A stretch of 64,000 nt of DNA, taken from NCBI GenBank assembly GCA_028534125.1, contig CM052816.1, forward strand, positions 96,288,001-96,352,000. The letters are read 5' to 3'. A program made the position numbers and the translations under genes. This DNA is from Lama glama. Lineage: Eukaryota. Each line of letters begins with the position of its first letter. Within the stretch, counting starts at the first letter, position 1. Below the pieces are notes generated by a model that ran no database searches, had not been told where the DNA came from, and saw only the letters and a list, made by a program, of their open reading frames with translations. Of the stretch, positions 1 through 12,340 are shown one piece after another.

Positions 1-206
1 AAATCAGGTAGCTAGTGGGGGGAGGCTCACAGTGACAGAGGTTCCTGCGACACCATGCGTTTGTTCCCGTGGCTGTCTGGTCCCCTCTCCTTCACAGCCT
101 GCAGTCGATGGTCCGTGCAGGGGAACGTGTGAATTTGGGGATGGGTGCAGACGGGGGTTGGGCTCCGAGCCGGTCGGACCAGTGACCGCGTTGCTTCCTC
201 CCGCAG

Positions 207-350
207 GAATGGAGGCTGGACCCCCTGGACCTCGTGGTCTCCGTGCAGCACCACCTGTGGGATCGGCTTCCAGGTGCGGCAGCGGTCCTGCAGCAACCCC
301 ACGCCCCGGCACGGGGGCCGCGTGTGCGTGGGCCAGAACCGCGAGGAAAG
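207..350 (+). CDS. SEMA5A: SEMA5A coding exon, 144 nt, thrombospondin type-1 repeat
   Basis: Acceptor cttcctcccgcag|G, donor AAG|gtacgt. Encodes (R)[47 protein letters not shown](R), with WxxWxxW and CSxTCG TSR motifs. Phase 2-2. Confidence 0.96.
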
Positions 351-2691
351 GTACGTCCGCTCTCTGCGCCCGCGCCGCCATCCTCACGCTCGCTGTCACT
401 CCAGCGTGGTCGGTTTCCCGGCGGTTTTCCTTTGGGATCTATCTAGCTCAGCTTATCTGTGGCATCCCTTTCTGTTGAGCTGAATGGCCCCTCTCTTTTC
501 CTGGCATCCTTTAATTTTGACCAAAGCTTGGGGCTGACAGCATCACTGGGCCACCAGGGAGCCCGCAGGCTTTGCTCAGCTGAGCAGTTCCCAAGGGACT
601 GGAGATCCAGGGACAGTGGGCACCTCCAGTGGGTTCCCTCCCAAGGCAAGTGAGTCTGGTGGAGAATGCTTATTCATCTGGACCGCCCTCCAACCTACGA
701 TTCCAAGTAGGGCCTGTGCCAGGCCTGGTCCAGATGGTACTGATCAAATGAGGTAAGTTTTCCGTCACAGCCAGATTCAGCAAGTGGTGCGTAAGTGAGG
801 GTGTACTCAGTATTTTGGTTGCATTTATAGTTACACACTTGTCTCTTAACTTGTCTTTTAACCCTCAGTGAAGCTGCAGGATGACCCGGGGTGGGGGATC
901 CTTGTCCGTGTATTTTAAGCTTTCAGCACGCCATGGGGACATTTCCGTGGTCTCATATTTGACAATTTCTTGCTTTTTATAGATGCAGACATTTGGTTTT
1001 GGCTTCATAAAATCTGCAGTTGTGATCATTGGTTCTTCTCTTGCGTATTTAAAGTACATTCCCGTATATGGTTGTTGGGAGAAAATCCAAGTAGGTGAAT
1101 TTCAAATCACTTTCTGGACGCTTACTCTTCGTCCTCACATAAACTTACCTTATTGATCCACGTGAAGCAAAATGACTTTCAATACCTTTTAATTAAAATG
1201 TAGCAAGGCTTGTATCCAATGAAATGAGTTCAGTGGGGACCTCATAAAAATGCTGTATGCAATTATTTGCTACATGATTAATATTTATATAGACAAAAAC
1301 CAACAGGCTTAGTGTATAGATAATTCGTTATTATTTATTACAGCCTGCAACTAACTGCAGAGAATTGTTTCTTCCTTTCTCCACTGTGTTCTTAAATTAC
1401 CAATTAAGATTTCATTCTTTTGGTTCAAAGGAAAATGCAGGATGATTTTTACAAAGCAGGGCTGGTTGTTTTTAAAGTGGTCCCCGGAGACAGTCTTGTA
1501 CACGTCTGTCATTTCCAATTTGACACCAGTTGATAAGTGGGAAAGCTGATTATGGGAAAGTCGTCTCCCTGCTATTTTTTTGGCATTGTAAGATTTCAAA
1601 TTGATTGGAAGTTTTAAAATGCTATACGTTGTCACATAATAAAGCCCGTTCAGGCAAAGTCACCTCCATCAGTGCAAAGTCGCCCCTAGAATCACCACAC
1701 TTCCTAAAGCCTAACACCCGTTATCACCTTTCACAGGAGCACACGGGAAGGAAGCTGGTTTATTCTGCGGTTAACACAGATATGTGTTCTGTGTCCATTT
1801 ACAAGTGTTCATGGGCTTCATTTTCAGAAAAAGAATAGGATGACGAATGTGTTTGGGGGACTCCCACTTAAAATGTTCTTTTTTTTTTTAACAGAAGAAA
1901 CACTCATTTGGGCTAGATGAATATTGCTTAGTGAGGAAAAATTTGAACTTAAGTAATAGATGCATGGATGGTAAGAACAGGGACTGTGCCCCCTTGAAAG
2001 CTCCCTTCTAAACAGCGTTTCTAGGGGGCTACCAAGAAGTTAATGAAAACTAGGAAAAACAAATACTTGATATCTCTTGTTTGAACTTTACATGCAAAAG
2101 ACCTTTTAGGTTCCTTCACCGTGTGATGTAGGACGTCTCTCTACCTAAGTGGCATAAAGGAATACCATCCTGATTCTGACAGAAAGGGATTTTGGGGAAC
2201 CAAACTCAAGATTAAAGGAGACCCTGGTCTCCATGAGCAGTACAAAAGACCAAGGATTAGACACACATAATCACTAGTAAAATCACATCAGGCTTATTAA
2301 ACATCAGCAACCCTGAGGAACTCCCGAGTGGCTGCAAATGAATAAACTGACTCTCCCGAAAAAGTCCCTAAGTTAATGCTAGGATTACAGTTAATGACTT
2401 TTCATTTGGTACAAAATCTCCAATTTATGAAATAATTCAATGAAAGCTCTATTGAAACAAATCTCAGAAATATTCACATTATTTTTTTCTAAATAATGGA
2501 TAAAGGAAATATCTAACTTATTGTCTATGTGTACTTTCAAAGGTATGGGCATTTTGTTTTTCTGTTGTAAAATTTCCTGGAAAATTATTTTCTTAACAGA
2601 AACTAAATAGAAGCACTGATTCTCAAAGAAGCCACCAATAAAGTTGAAACAATGGACCCCTCAGTAAATATTATCAAAATGCAAATGTCAT

Positions 2692-2906
2692 TGTCTATAT
2701 TCATTTTCTCCTGCTGTGTAACAATAGTTCCACAAACGGAGTGGCTTAAAACAACACTTACGTATCCTCTCACAGTCTCAGTGGACCGGGAGGCCCTGTA
2801 TGACTCACATGGGTTCTCTGCTTAGCCAGAGCTGTGGTCTCATCTGAGCCTCAACTGGGCACAGATTGACTTCCAAGATTGTGTGGTTGTTATCAGCACT
2901 CAGTTG
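2692..2906 (-). mobile_element. MaLR MLT1-type LTR remnant (3' LTR of the element spanning 2692-6567)
   Basis: ctgctgtgtaacaa...gtggcttaaaacaacac...tctcacagt resembles the reverse strand of MLT1 LTRs and parallels 6050-6270. Confidence 0.7.
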
Positions 2907-3972
2907 TTCTTCTTTTTAATGGCTGAGTAGTATTCCAATATGTATATATACAACAACATCTTTATCCAGTCATCTGTCAATGAACATTTAAGTTGTTTCC
3001 ATGTCCTGGCTATTGTAAATTGTGCTGCTGTGAATGTTGGGGTGCATGTGTCTTTTCAAATTACATTTTTCTCTAGATATATGCCTAGGAGTGGGGTTGC
3101 TGGATCACATGCTCAGTTTATTTTTAGTTTTTTAAGGAACCTCCATATTGTCCTCCACAGTGGCTGTACCTTTTTACATTCCCACCAACAGTGTAGGAGG
3201 ATTCCTTTTTCTCCACACCTTCTCCAGCATTTATTATTTGTGAACTTCTTAATGATAGCCATTCTGACAGGTGTGAGGTGACACCTCATTGTAGTTTTGA
3301 TTTGCATTTCTCTAACAGTTAGCAATGTTGAGCATCTTTTCATGTGTTTGTTGGCCATCTGGATGTCTTCTTTGGAGAGATGTCTATTTAGGTCTTCTGC
3401 TCATTTTTCAATTGGGTTGCTTGGTTTTTTGCTGTTGTTGTTGTTTGTTTTTTTGGTATTAAGCTGGATGAGCTGTTTGTATATTTTGGAAATTAGTCCC
3501 TTGTCAGTTGCATCATTTGCAAATATTTTCTCCCATTTTGTAGGTTGTCTTTTTGTTTTGTTGATAGTGTTCTTAGTTCTGCAAAAGCTTTTAAGTTTAA
3601 TCAAGTCCCATTTGTTTATTTTTGCTTTTATTACTTACTCTAGGAGCTGGTTCGAAAAAAATATTGCTGCAATTTATGTCAAAGAGTTTTCTGCCTCTGT
3701 TTTTCTCTAGGAGCTTTATAGTATCCAGGCTTACACTTAGGTCTTTAATCCATTTTGAGTTTATTTTTGTATGTGGTGTTAGAGAATGTTCTAATTTCAT
3801 TCTTTTTAACAGGTAACTGTCCAGTTTTCCCAGCACGACTTATTGAAGAGACTGTCTTTTCTACATTGTATATTCTTGCCTCCTTTGTCATAGATTAACT
3901 GATCATAAGTGCATGGGTTTATTCTGGACTTTCTATCGTGTTCCATTGGTCTATGTGTCTGGTTTTGTGCTG
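2907..3972 (-). mobile_element. LINE-1 fragment (ORF2 C-terminal region)
   Basis: Minus-strand ORFs read [59 protein letters not shown]...[13 protein letters not shown] and [17 protein letters not shown]. These are typical L1 ORF2 motifs, broken by frameshifts. Confidence 0.93.
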
Positions 3973-3974
3973 GT

Positions 3975-6033
3975 TCTGTCGGTCCATCTTTAAAATGAGA
4001 GACAAGTTACCTGCCACAAACACACCCAGCTTACACATACGGGGTGGGGAAAGGGCAGCAGCAATAGATGTTCTGTTCAAAAAGGGGGAAATTGAAAAGT
4101 ACAGAGGAATCACTGTTCTATAGAAATTCTGAAATCTATTCAGACAGGTGTTTGAGTTGCCTGGGTAAGTTTCAAGCCTTGGGCAGAGCTCTCCACAGTT
4201 CTTAGCTCTGCCTTCTGGGCTCTCACTTCTGCTTCCTGAATCATCCTTCCTTTTTCATGAAAGGTGGCAGGTGCTTGCAGCTGGGCAGTTTTATCAGCCT
4301 GCTTCCTGCCGGTAGAATTTGGGATTTCCAACAGCCTCATTTCATTAGTAATTTCTCCATAGATTTCAATGTAAGCGGGTGGTATTTTTGCTGAAATAAA
4401 CTCTATTAGTCTTCCCTGAATTTTCTTGGGGTTTACTCCACTGAACAAATCTGTACCCACAGAGCTTTTTGAGAAAGCCCTTCTCTACCTGGGGATCCTG
4501 CTGAGATGGCTGAGGAAAGACACCCTCCAGCTGGCCTGTGATTGAGACGGCTTATGACTCTTACTCTTGACCTTTTGAAAGGAATCTTTGTGGGACTGAA
4601 AGCTAGTCTGATCTTTTGATCTTTCTGGGGTTTTAACAAAAGGTTGTACAGCCACATCCTCAGCGTTTTACTCTATGTCAGCCTTGCCCACAGTACTCAG
4701 AAGCTGTTTCTTTCTTTCAGCATCTTCTGCCATCAGGAGAGGCCAAGAATTTCCAAAACCATCCAGGCCTATTTCCTTCTGATTGATATATCTTCCTTCA
4801 GATTTCTTCCTTCCACATTTTACTGTAGGCAGTAAACAGTTTGCTTGGAAATTTCTTTTGCTGTGTAACTCACTTCACACTTATATGTTTTGCTTTCTAT
4901 ATAATTGCAATGACAATTTTGGAAGCTTTCCTCAGTATGTAATAAGGTTCTCCCCTCTTCCAGTTTCTAATAATATGCTCCTATTTCCTTTCAATTTTGT
5001 ATTCTGTTAGATGTATAGATAACATAAAATTTGCCATTTAACCATTTTTCAGTGTTCAATTCAGTGATATTAATTGCATTTGCCATGTTGTGCAGCCGTA
5101 ACACTCTCTATTTCCAAAACATTTGCATCACCCCGAACAGAAACTCTGTAAGCATTAAGCAATAACCCTTTTTATTTCTTCCTTCCAGCCCCTGGCAACC
5201 TCTAATATATAAATTGTACTATTCAAGAGATTTCATATAAGTAGAATCATACAATGTTTGCCATATTGTGGAGCATATTGTTCATTCATGCTGTAGCGTG
5301 TGTCAGAACTTCATTCCTTTTTAAGGCTGAATAGTATTCTGCATGGCTGTATCATGTTGTGTTTATCCATGTACCTGTCAGTTGACATTTAGGTTATTTC
5401 CACCTTTTGGCTACGATGAATGGTGCTGCAGTGAACATTGGCATGCAAGCATCTCTTCAAGTCCTTGTTTCAATTCTTTTGTATATATGTAGAGAATTGC
5501 TAAGTCATATATTAATTCTGTGGTTGGCATCTAGAGCCACCATCAAACTGTTTTTCTACAGTGGCTTCACCATTTACAACCCTACCAGCAATGTACTGGT
5601 TTCCCTACGTCCTTTCCAACACTTGTCATTTTTCTTTTTCTTTTTAATTAGAACCATCCTAGTATATATAAAGTTCTGTCTCACTGTGGTTTTGATTTAC
5701 ATTTCTCTAAGGAGGAAAAATGTTGAGCATCTTCTTATATGCTTATTGGCCATCTGTATATCTGTTTTGAAAATGCCTAAGCCTTTGCCCGTTTTCTAGT
5801 AGGGTTGGCTTTCTTGTTGAGTTTTAGTTCTTGAATTCTGTCTCCTTCTAAACCCTTGGTGGCAGCATCCTCAAAGTCTGCATTTATGCTAGCAGTCTAT
5901 TCAAGGTGACTTAGGTTTTCTCTACCATGCTCCTCAGAATTCTGCTGGTTTCTACTCATTCTCTAGTCCCAAGGTCTCTTTCAGATTCTTAGCTATTTCT
6001 TACAGTAGTACCACAGGTCTAGGTACCGAGATC
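3975..6033 (-). mobile_element. MaLR (MLT1) internal sequence, interrupted by an L1 at about 4995-5840
   Basis: aaaagggggaaattgaaaag... and the ggtacc-containing junction at 6022-6034 resemble the reverse strand of MaLR internal sequence and its boundary with the 5' LTR. Confidence 0.55.
4995..5840 (-). mobile_element. Old LINE-1 3' end (L1MB-like)
   Basis: aacataaaatttgccatttaaccattttt...catcaccccgaacagaaactc...ttccttttaaggctgaatagtattc is characteristic antisense L1M 3' UTR and ORF2 end. Confidence 0.8.
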
Positions 6034-6567
6034 TGTTTCAGTTGTCATTCATAATAATATTACCCCAAACTCAGGTGCCTAAAGCACCACATGTTTATTG
6101 GCTCATAGTTTCTGTGAGTGCATAGTCTGGACACAGCTTACCCGGGTCCTTTGCTTCAGGATCTCACAAAGCTGCACCAAGGTGCAGACCATGGTCATGG
6201 TCTCATTTGAGGCTCGATTGGAGAGGGGTCGGCTTCCTAAATCCTGTGGTTGTCAGCCACATTCAGTTCCTTCTGTGCTGTTGGACTGAAGTTGTTAACC
6301 AGAAGCTGCCCTCAATTCTTTGCTATCTGGATCTTTCCCATTGAACTGATCACTTCTTCAGAGCCAGAAAGGGAGAGAGTTTCTTGAAAGAAGGACATTA
6401 TAATGTTATGTAACATAATCATGGCAGTGACAGCCTGTCATCTTTACCATATCCTATTGGTTAGAAGCAAGTCTCAGGTCCCACCCACACGGAGGTGGGA
6501 GGGGGTTACACAAGGTATGAATTCCATGAAGTGAGAATCAGGAGACCACACGAGAGTCTTTCCCACG
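6034..6567 (-). mobile_element. MaLR MLT1-type LTR (5' LTR)
   Basis: ttaccccaaactcaggtgcctaaagcaccacatgtttattggctcatagtttctgtg...ctattggttagaagcaagtctcaggtcccacccacac matches the recalled MLT1F/G/H-like pattern. Confidence 0.75.
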
Positions 6568-7770
6568 CTCTATCAAAGTTAACAGACCCAGGAACCTATA
6601 GGGGTTTGCTATATGACTTTTCTTTGTCTTCATGTGCTAGTTTGCTTAATCCTGTGATGAGCCAAAGTGATGCCCTTTGCATCTCATTATCATTACTCTT
6701 CCTTAATGGTTTCTTTAGCTTTTTCTTGGAGTAAAAAGTAACCTTAGGGAAGACTCAACACATGCACACTTTCTCCGGTGCCTCAAAAGTTTCCATTATT
6801 CCAGTATGGCCCAGCAGAGGAACAATCACTTAGAGCAAACCAAGAAGAAACTAGTTCTAACAGGGCTCTGGTTGGTTCCGACTGACAGAGGTTACAGTGA
6901 GAAACCAGCATGGACTGGACCAGAACAGAACACAATTCGCAGCATGAGGAGCTAGGGCAAGGAACATGCTAATGGCATTGAGGATCTAGTCTATGAAGAG
7001 CCATGAATGACAGTTGTCTTCAAGGAGACTAGGTTTGTGGAAAAATGGATAATTTATGGAGAAATATTTCTTGGGTTATTAATTCACTTTTAAATGCAAA
7101 ATGAGAATGAGCAGTCATGGGCAAAATTAAAATCTTAATTTTTAATGCATCATGAAATGCATCTGTGACTTCCAGGGCTTTAAGATACTAGTGATGCAGG
7201 AGAGCCAATAAAATTTCAAAAATGTTTAGTTTATAATTTGGGAAAAGTCAGCTGTGTGAAAAGGACTAGAGAATGAAGAACCAGTGGTGGTCTATTGTGT
7301 AGCTATTTTATCCATAAATTAATAAAAATCCTTCAACAAGCAGAGTTGCCAAGGTTACTAACTTGCAATTTCCATTGTTTGTGACCAAAACAGACACAAG
7401 GCCTTCAGTAGTTTAACAAGTGGTACTTCTCTCGGGAGCTTGTGTTAGTCGGGGAGGGAGTACGGGGCTCAGACAGACAGTACTGCCTTGAAATTGCAGA
7501 GAGTCCGGAGTTAGGAGCCAGTGAGGGCTTAGCCCCTGAGCACACTCTCCCAGGGCGAATTGCTAGTGAAACCCAGACATAAAGGGCCAGACTAACCTGG
7601 CAATTTCTATTTCCCTCTGACCCCCCTTGCAGAGGGTGACCTGGTCATATATCCTGGTGTGTCTGATTTCACAGGACTGCTGTAGAAGGCGATAGGGAAG
7701 CAGGCAGGCCCGTTGTTGACATGCTTAAAACACAGCCAAATACATAATTTATTAAGACTGGTTGAAATTT

Positions 7771-8374
7771 GTCCCACTCTTGGGCATACATCCGGAAGAC
7801 GAAATTTGAAAAGATAACTCTCCCCAATGTTCATAGCAGCACTATTTACAATAGCCAAGACATGGAAGCCACCTAAATGCCCGCTGACAGAGGACTGGAT
7901 AAAGAAGCTGTGCTGTATCTACAATGGAATTTTTAATGCATCCGTGACTTTCAGAGCTTTAAGAATGCAGGAAAGCCTGTAAAATTTCAAAATGTCTAGT
8001 TTACTCAACCATTAATGAGAATGGAATAATACCATTTGCCGCAGCATGGATGGACCTGGAGATGGTCATTCTAAGTGAAGTAACTCAGACCGAGAAAGAC
8101 AAATATCATATGATATCATGTATATTTGGAATCTAAAAAAAAAAAGATACAAATGAACTTATTTACAAGACATAAATAGACTCACAGACATAGAAGTCAA
8201 ACTTACGGTGGTTACCAGCGGGGAAAGGGGAGGGATACATTTGTATTTAACAGATGCACACTACTATGCATATATATAAAACAGATAAACAACAGAGATG
8301 CACTGTAGAGCACAGGGAACTATATTCGATATCTTGTAATAACCTAAAATGGAAAGAAATCTGAAAAAGAAGTA

Positions 8375-8429
<55 letters not shown>

Positions 8430-8474
8430 GAAACTAATGCAACATTGTAAGTCAACTATACTTCTGTAAAAAAA
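7771..8474 (+). mobile_element. LINE-1 3' end (artiodactyl-type 3' UTR) with an internal foreign 71-bp insert and (TA)n
   Basis: atgttcatagcagcactatttacaatagccaagacatggaagc...atggatggacctggag...gcacagggaactatattc...aactatacttc plus an A-rich tail. Homologous to 28588-29355. Confidence 0.9.
8385..8426. repeat. (TA)21 microsatellite preceded by a short (TG)n
   Basis: Read directly from the sequence. Confidence 0.95.
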
Positions 8475-9016
8475 GGAGGGAAATGAAATGAAATAACATA
8501 AAAATGTAACTATTCAAATAAAACCAGCGAATAATGAAAAAAGTGATTTACGCACTAAAAAAAAAAGGAGAGAAAGTGTGTGCTGCGCGCAGTTTCTGGT
8601 TCCCCTGCAGGAGACGATAAGCGGGGACATGCCGAGCGGGTTCGGGGGGCTGCACAGGCCGCGCTGAGCTGGTCCTCGGGCGCTATGAGCCACTGTGCTG
8701 CGGGGAAGTGGTCGCTCAGACGCTGTGCTGTTTATTAAAAGTCAAAGGTTTTATAAGCACTTTTAGGAAGATTTTCCTTTGCCCTCCCTGCTCTTATGGT
8801 TGGCTGGGTTTTGTTTTTGAAAGCTGAAATTAGTGTCAAGGAGTCGAGGAAGTCCAGACCCTTTAAATGTCGGCAAAATCACGTTGGAAGCACGAGGGGG
8901 CCTTCAGTCCACAGTGAGAGAAGCTACACGTGGACGTTTTGAATTAAATGCTGAGAGTTCTGAAGTTCCGAGTTTTCTTGACTTAACCTCTTCCAAACGC
9001 GTTCTCAAAACAAACG

Positions 9017-9254
9017 GCAGTTTGGGATTAACAGATACGCTTTCTGTATGTGAAACAGGTAAACAACAACAGGGCCTATTGTACAGCACAGGGAACTGTA
9101 TTCAGTTTCTTGCAATGAGACGTAATGGAAAAGAAGCTGAAAAAAAATATATATATATATACATATATGTGTAAGTATAAATGAACCGTTTTGCTGAACA
9201 CCTGAAACTGATACTGTAAATCGACTACACTTCCATAAAAAACAAGAATGAAAG
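9017..9254 (+). mobile_element. Short 5'-truncated LINE-1 3' end
   Basis: gtttgggattaacagatac...gtacagcacagggaact...aaatcgactacacttcc plus an A-rich tail. Flanked by aacaaacg at 9009-9016 and 9255-9262 (candidate target-site duplication, TSD). Confidence 0.85.
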
Positions 9255-9802
9255 AACAAACGCTCGGCCGCGTCCCGGTAGCACACCCCACGCACCGACA
9301 CGTACACTAATAACCACAAGAGTCAGGACCTCTTGCTTGATTATAGCCCTCTGCAGGTGCACAGGCTTCCTAAGGCCGAATGCTTTTACTCTATCATGTC
9401 CTCAATGCCACCCGGCCCTTCTGTCTAGAGGTTACACTCTCTTGATTAGAAGCCTCCTTCCGTTTCCGCCCACGTGTAATCAGGTCCAGTGTCCTGAACT
9501 CCAAGAGTCCGGGCCCTGGAAGACTATCTGTCTTAAAAGTGGAACATATGAAGAAGGGTGGTAGCTGTTCAGTTTCACTGGCTGCTCTTTCCTGTGAAGA
9601 TGTAGAGATGAAACCCTTTTCCTGATCGGTTCTTGGCTCTCTGGAGGCTTCTGCTGTGAAACACCCACTCTGCCTGCCTAGAAGTCAGCACGCCTCCCGC
9701 TGTCATCGGAGAGGCTGACCTGGGATCCTTATTTAGTTGCTCTTCTGTAGGTGCACACAGACCCCGTGGGTGTCCCTTCGTCTCCTCTGACCACCTCCGT
9801 CC

Positions 9803-10360
9803 TGTAACAAACTCAGGTCCAGCTGCTCGCTGCTCGAAAACCAGTACCCAAGAGGCAAGTGTTGGTAGAAATGGAAAACGTTGCTTTTTATCAGAAAGCC
9901 AGCAATCTGGAGAGAAGGTGGACTCAGTGTCCCCAAAAACCAACTCCAAGGATTCTGCTTGGCCATGAAAGTTTTCGAAGGGAAAAGGGGAAATAAGCTT
10001 GGTTAACCCTTGAGGTAGGAGGTCCGCGTCCTCGTCACCCCCACCGCGCGCAGGCTTGTCGACGTCGCCTGACCTTCCTCTAGATGCCAACTTGTTCACA
10101 CGGTTTGTTCACGACGTTACTGAAGGGGAGGCCTGGAAAGAGACCTGGTCACCTGTAAATTACTTACTCTCCGTTGCTGCTTCTTTGATCTACGGGAAGA
10201 ACCAACAGGTTAGGCAAGATATTGTGTGATCAAAAGATTTGAAAGGTGTGCTTAGGCCGGAGCTGAGTCGGGCATGGGGGCGCCTGGTTTAAAAGTTAGT
10301 TTCAGCATAGCTTTGCTAAGGTGACAGGACAAAGAGGTTTCCTGCGAAGAGCTGCTTACA
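9803..10360 (-). mobile_element. Solo LTR, probably ERV1 class
   Basis: 558 bp bounded by inverted termini tgtaa...ttaca with 4-bp flanks gtcc/atcc (near-perfect TSD). A poly(A)-signal-like ataaaaag on the minus strand near 9885 gives the orientation. Confidence 0.75.
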
Positions 10361-12154
10361 ATCCTGTTTGTCTAACGTGTGATGTCTCTCCCTTGGGTTG
10401 TCGTGTGCACACCCACCTGGCTGGCATTTGCTCTGTCAGCTCCTCCTGCCGGTGCCCGCACCTGCCTCTGGGGGCTCAGAACCCACACTCAGCATGTGCT
10501 CTGGCACCAGCTCGGGCGAGACACCAACTCCTGAAGCCCAGCCTCTGCTCTCTGGCTCTGGCAGTGCTGTCTTGTGTCTGGAGCTTTGAGGCATTTCCTC
10601 GGTTCTGTGTGAATGAAGCTCAAGTTCTTGCACCCCATTTATATGAGGACAGGTCATTCCCCTCGCCACCTTTTCCTGCTCACTTCTCAGCCTTTCTAGT
10701 TCACTCTTCCCATTCCCACCTTCCATCCTTTCCCAGAATGCCAGCTGACTCCCTTCGGCTTGGACTGGCTTTTTGCTTTTCGTTGCTCTACCTGTTCCTG
10801 AAACCAGCATATTCTGCGTTAAACATCCCTGGCTTGATGGGAAAATGGTTGACTCAGCCTGTGCTGTCGGGAACCTACACTCCCCAAATTACCCTTCCCA
10901 CTTCCTGGAAGCCAGCTGCCGTTTACCCCTAAGATAGCGTCTTCTATCCTGCACGTCCTGGGCTGTGTCCGTCTCCCTGTATTTACCCCAGGCTGTACTC
11001 ACCTGTGAGAGGGAGGCACTTTTTGTGATGCCCTTTGCATAAATAGGGCCCTGCAGGATAAGTGCTTATTAATAATGATGACATTGAAGGTGACCGACGC
11101 AACCTAGCAGATAGGAACTTCTGTCTCTTGCTTCTGAAGGCAGATGGCCTGAGGTGGAGAAAGGAGACAGAAAAAGCCTTACATCCTTGTGTTCTCTGGA
11201 AGCTAAATGTGTGCTTAGGAGGGGCACTGTCGAAGTTAAATAGTCCTGCAAGTTGTCAAATGTGTCTCTCTGAGTTTGGCTACATTCAGAATAACATCTT
11301 CCCTATGAGCTGTAACTTGTTCAAGGCCAGGCTGCTTCTTTCTGGTTTTTTGTTTTTCTTTTTTTGTTTGTTTGTTTCCCTTACTCTACTTTATTTCACT
11401 TGTCATGTTAAAGACTGAGGAGAAATTTGATCTGTTTAAAGCTAAGGAAGATCTTGTAGATTTGGCTAAAAAATGGGCAATATGAATGCACTTGTAGAGA
11501 TACAGTCAATCACTGAAAAAAATGTAGTAGATGTAAATAATAATTCGACTCTTTTTGAATAACTGAGTAACTGGTGGTCATTTAGATTAAAGTTGTTGGC
11601 CATCATTCTGAGAGTCTACAGGTAAATTTAAAAATACAACAACCTAGGCAGTAGATGACACGATGCTTCGAGCTAAAATTACACTTTCACTTTTCTTTAA
11701 TTTATATTAATAGGATTGTGGGCTTTATTCAATTCGAGAATGAGAAATGAATTCCAAATACAATTTGCTGACTTTGTGTTCATAACTACTTTATCTTTCA
11801 GTGTTTGTGTTGAGAAGATAAATGCCCTGCCTAGATATTTTTCTCTGTGTTCTCATTTTTTGGGTGTCTATTTGAAGGGTTTTGTTTTGTTTGTTTCTCC
11901 TTTAATTGGCTGCACAGGAAGATCCATCCTGCATTGTGAGTTTCGCATTTTCTTCGCTGTCTCCCGCGCATCCCATTGTCTGTGCACACGCGGCATGGCC
12001 AGCACCACATCTGCCTCTTTCCCTGCAACCACTCGGAATACAAAGCACCCCTCCACGCGGAGCATGCCCATGTGTTCAACATCTGGTGCAGGGACGGAGA
12101 GTGGCAGGATCTGTGGCCTCACCATGCTTCTTCCTCTTGGTTTCCCCATTACAG

Positions 12155-12302
12155 ATACTGCAATGAGCATCTGCTGTGCCCCCCACACATGTTCTGGACA
12201 GGCTGGGGTCCCTGGGAACGGTGCACAGCCCAGTGTGGGGGCGGCATTCAAGCTCGCCGCAGAACCTGCGAGAACGGGCCTGACTGTGCGGGCTGCAATG
12301 TG
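12155..12302 (+). CDS. SEMA5A: SEMA5A coding exon, 148 nt, TSR
   Basis: Acceptor tttccccattacag|A, donor GTG|gtgagt. Encodes YCNEHLLCPPHMFWTGWGPWERCTAQCGGGIQARRRTCENGPDCAGCNV. In frame with the previous exon (AG+A = Arg). Phase 2-0. Confidence 0.96.
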
Positions 12303-12340
12303 GTGAGTAGGGACCTAGAGCTAAGAGTCCAGTGTCATCC

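Noticed and set aside
4..483. Several overlapping 90-150 aa ORFs on both strands around the first exon
   Set aside because: These are by-products of the GC-rich, stop-poor exon. Only 207-350 has splice sites and TSR motifs.
527..752. Possible poison exon (aag acceptor at 526, gag|gtaagt donor at 752)
   Set aside because: The AAG acceptor is weak, and consensus donors occur by chance in introns this long. There is no other support.
2940..3836. Hydrophobic + strand ORFs that look like membrane proteins
   Set aside because: They are antisense translations of L1 ORF2, and the L1 itself is truncated and frameshifted.
7390..7720. Possible old LTR fragment
   Set aside because: The composition is suggestive, but I could not identify termini, a TSD or a family.
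10321..10932. 203-aa ORF
   Set aside because: It has a non-ATG start inside the LTR end, no recognisable domain, and low-complexity pyrimidine-rich intron sequence.
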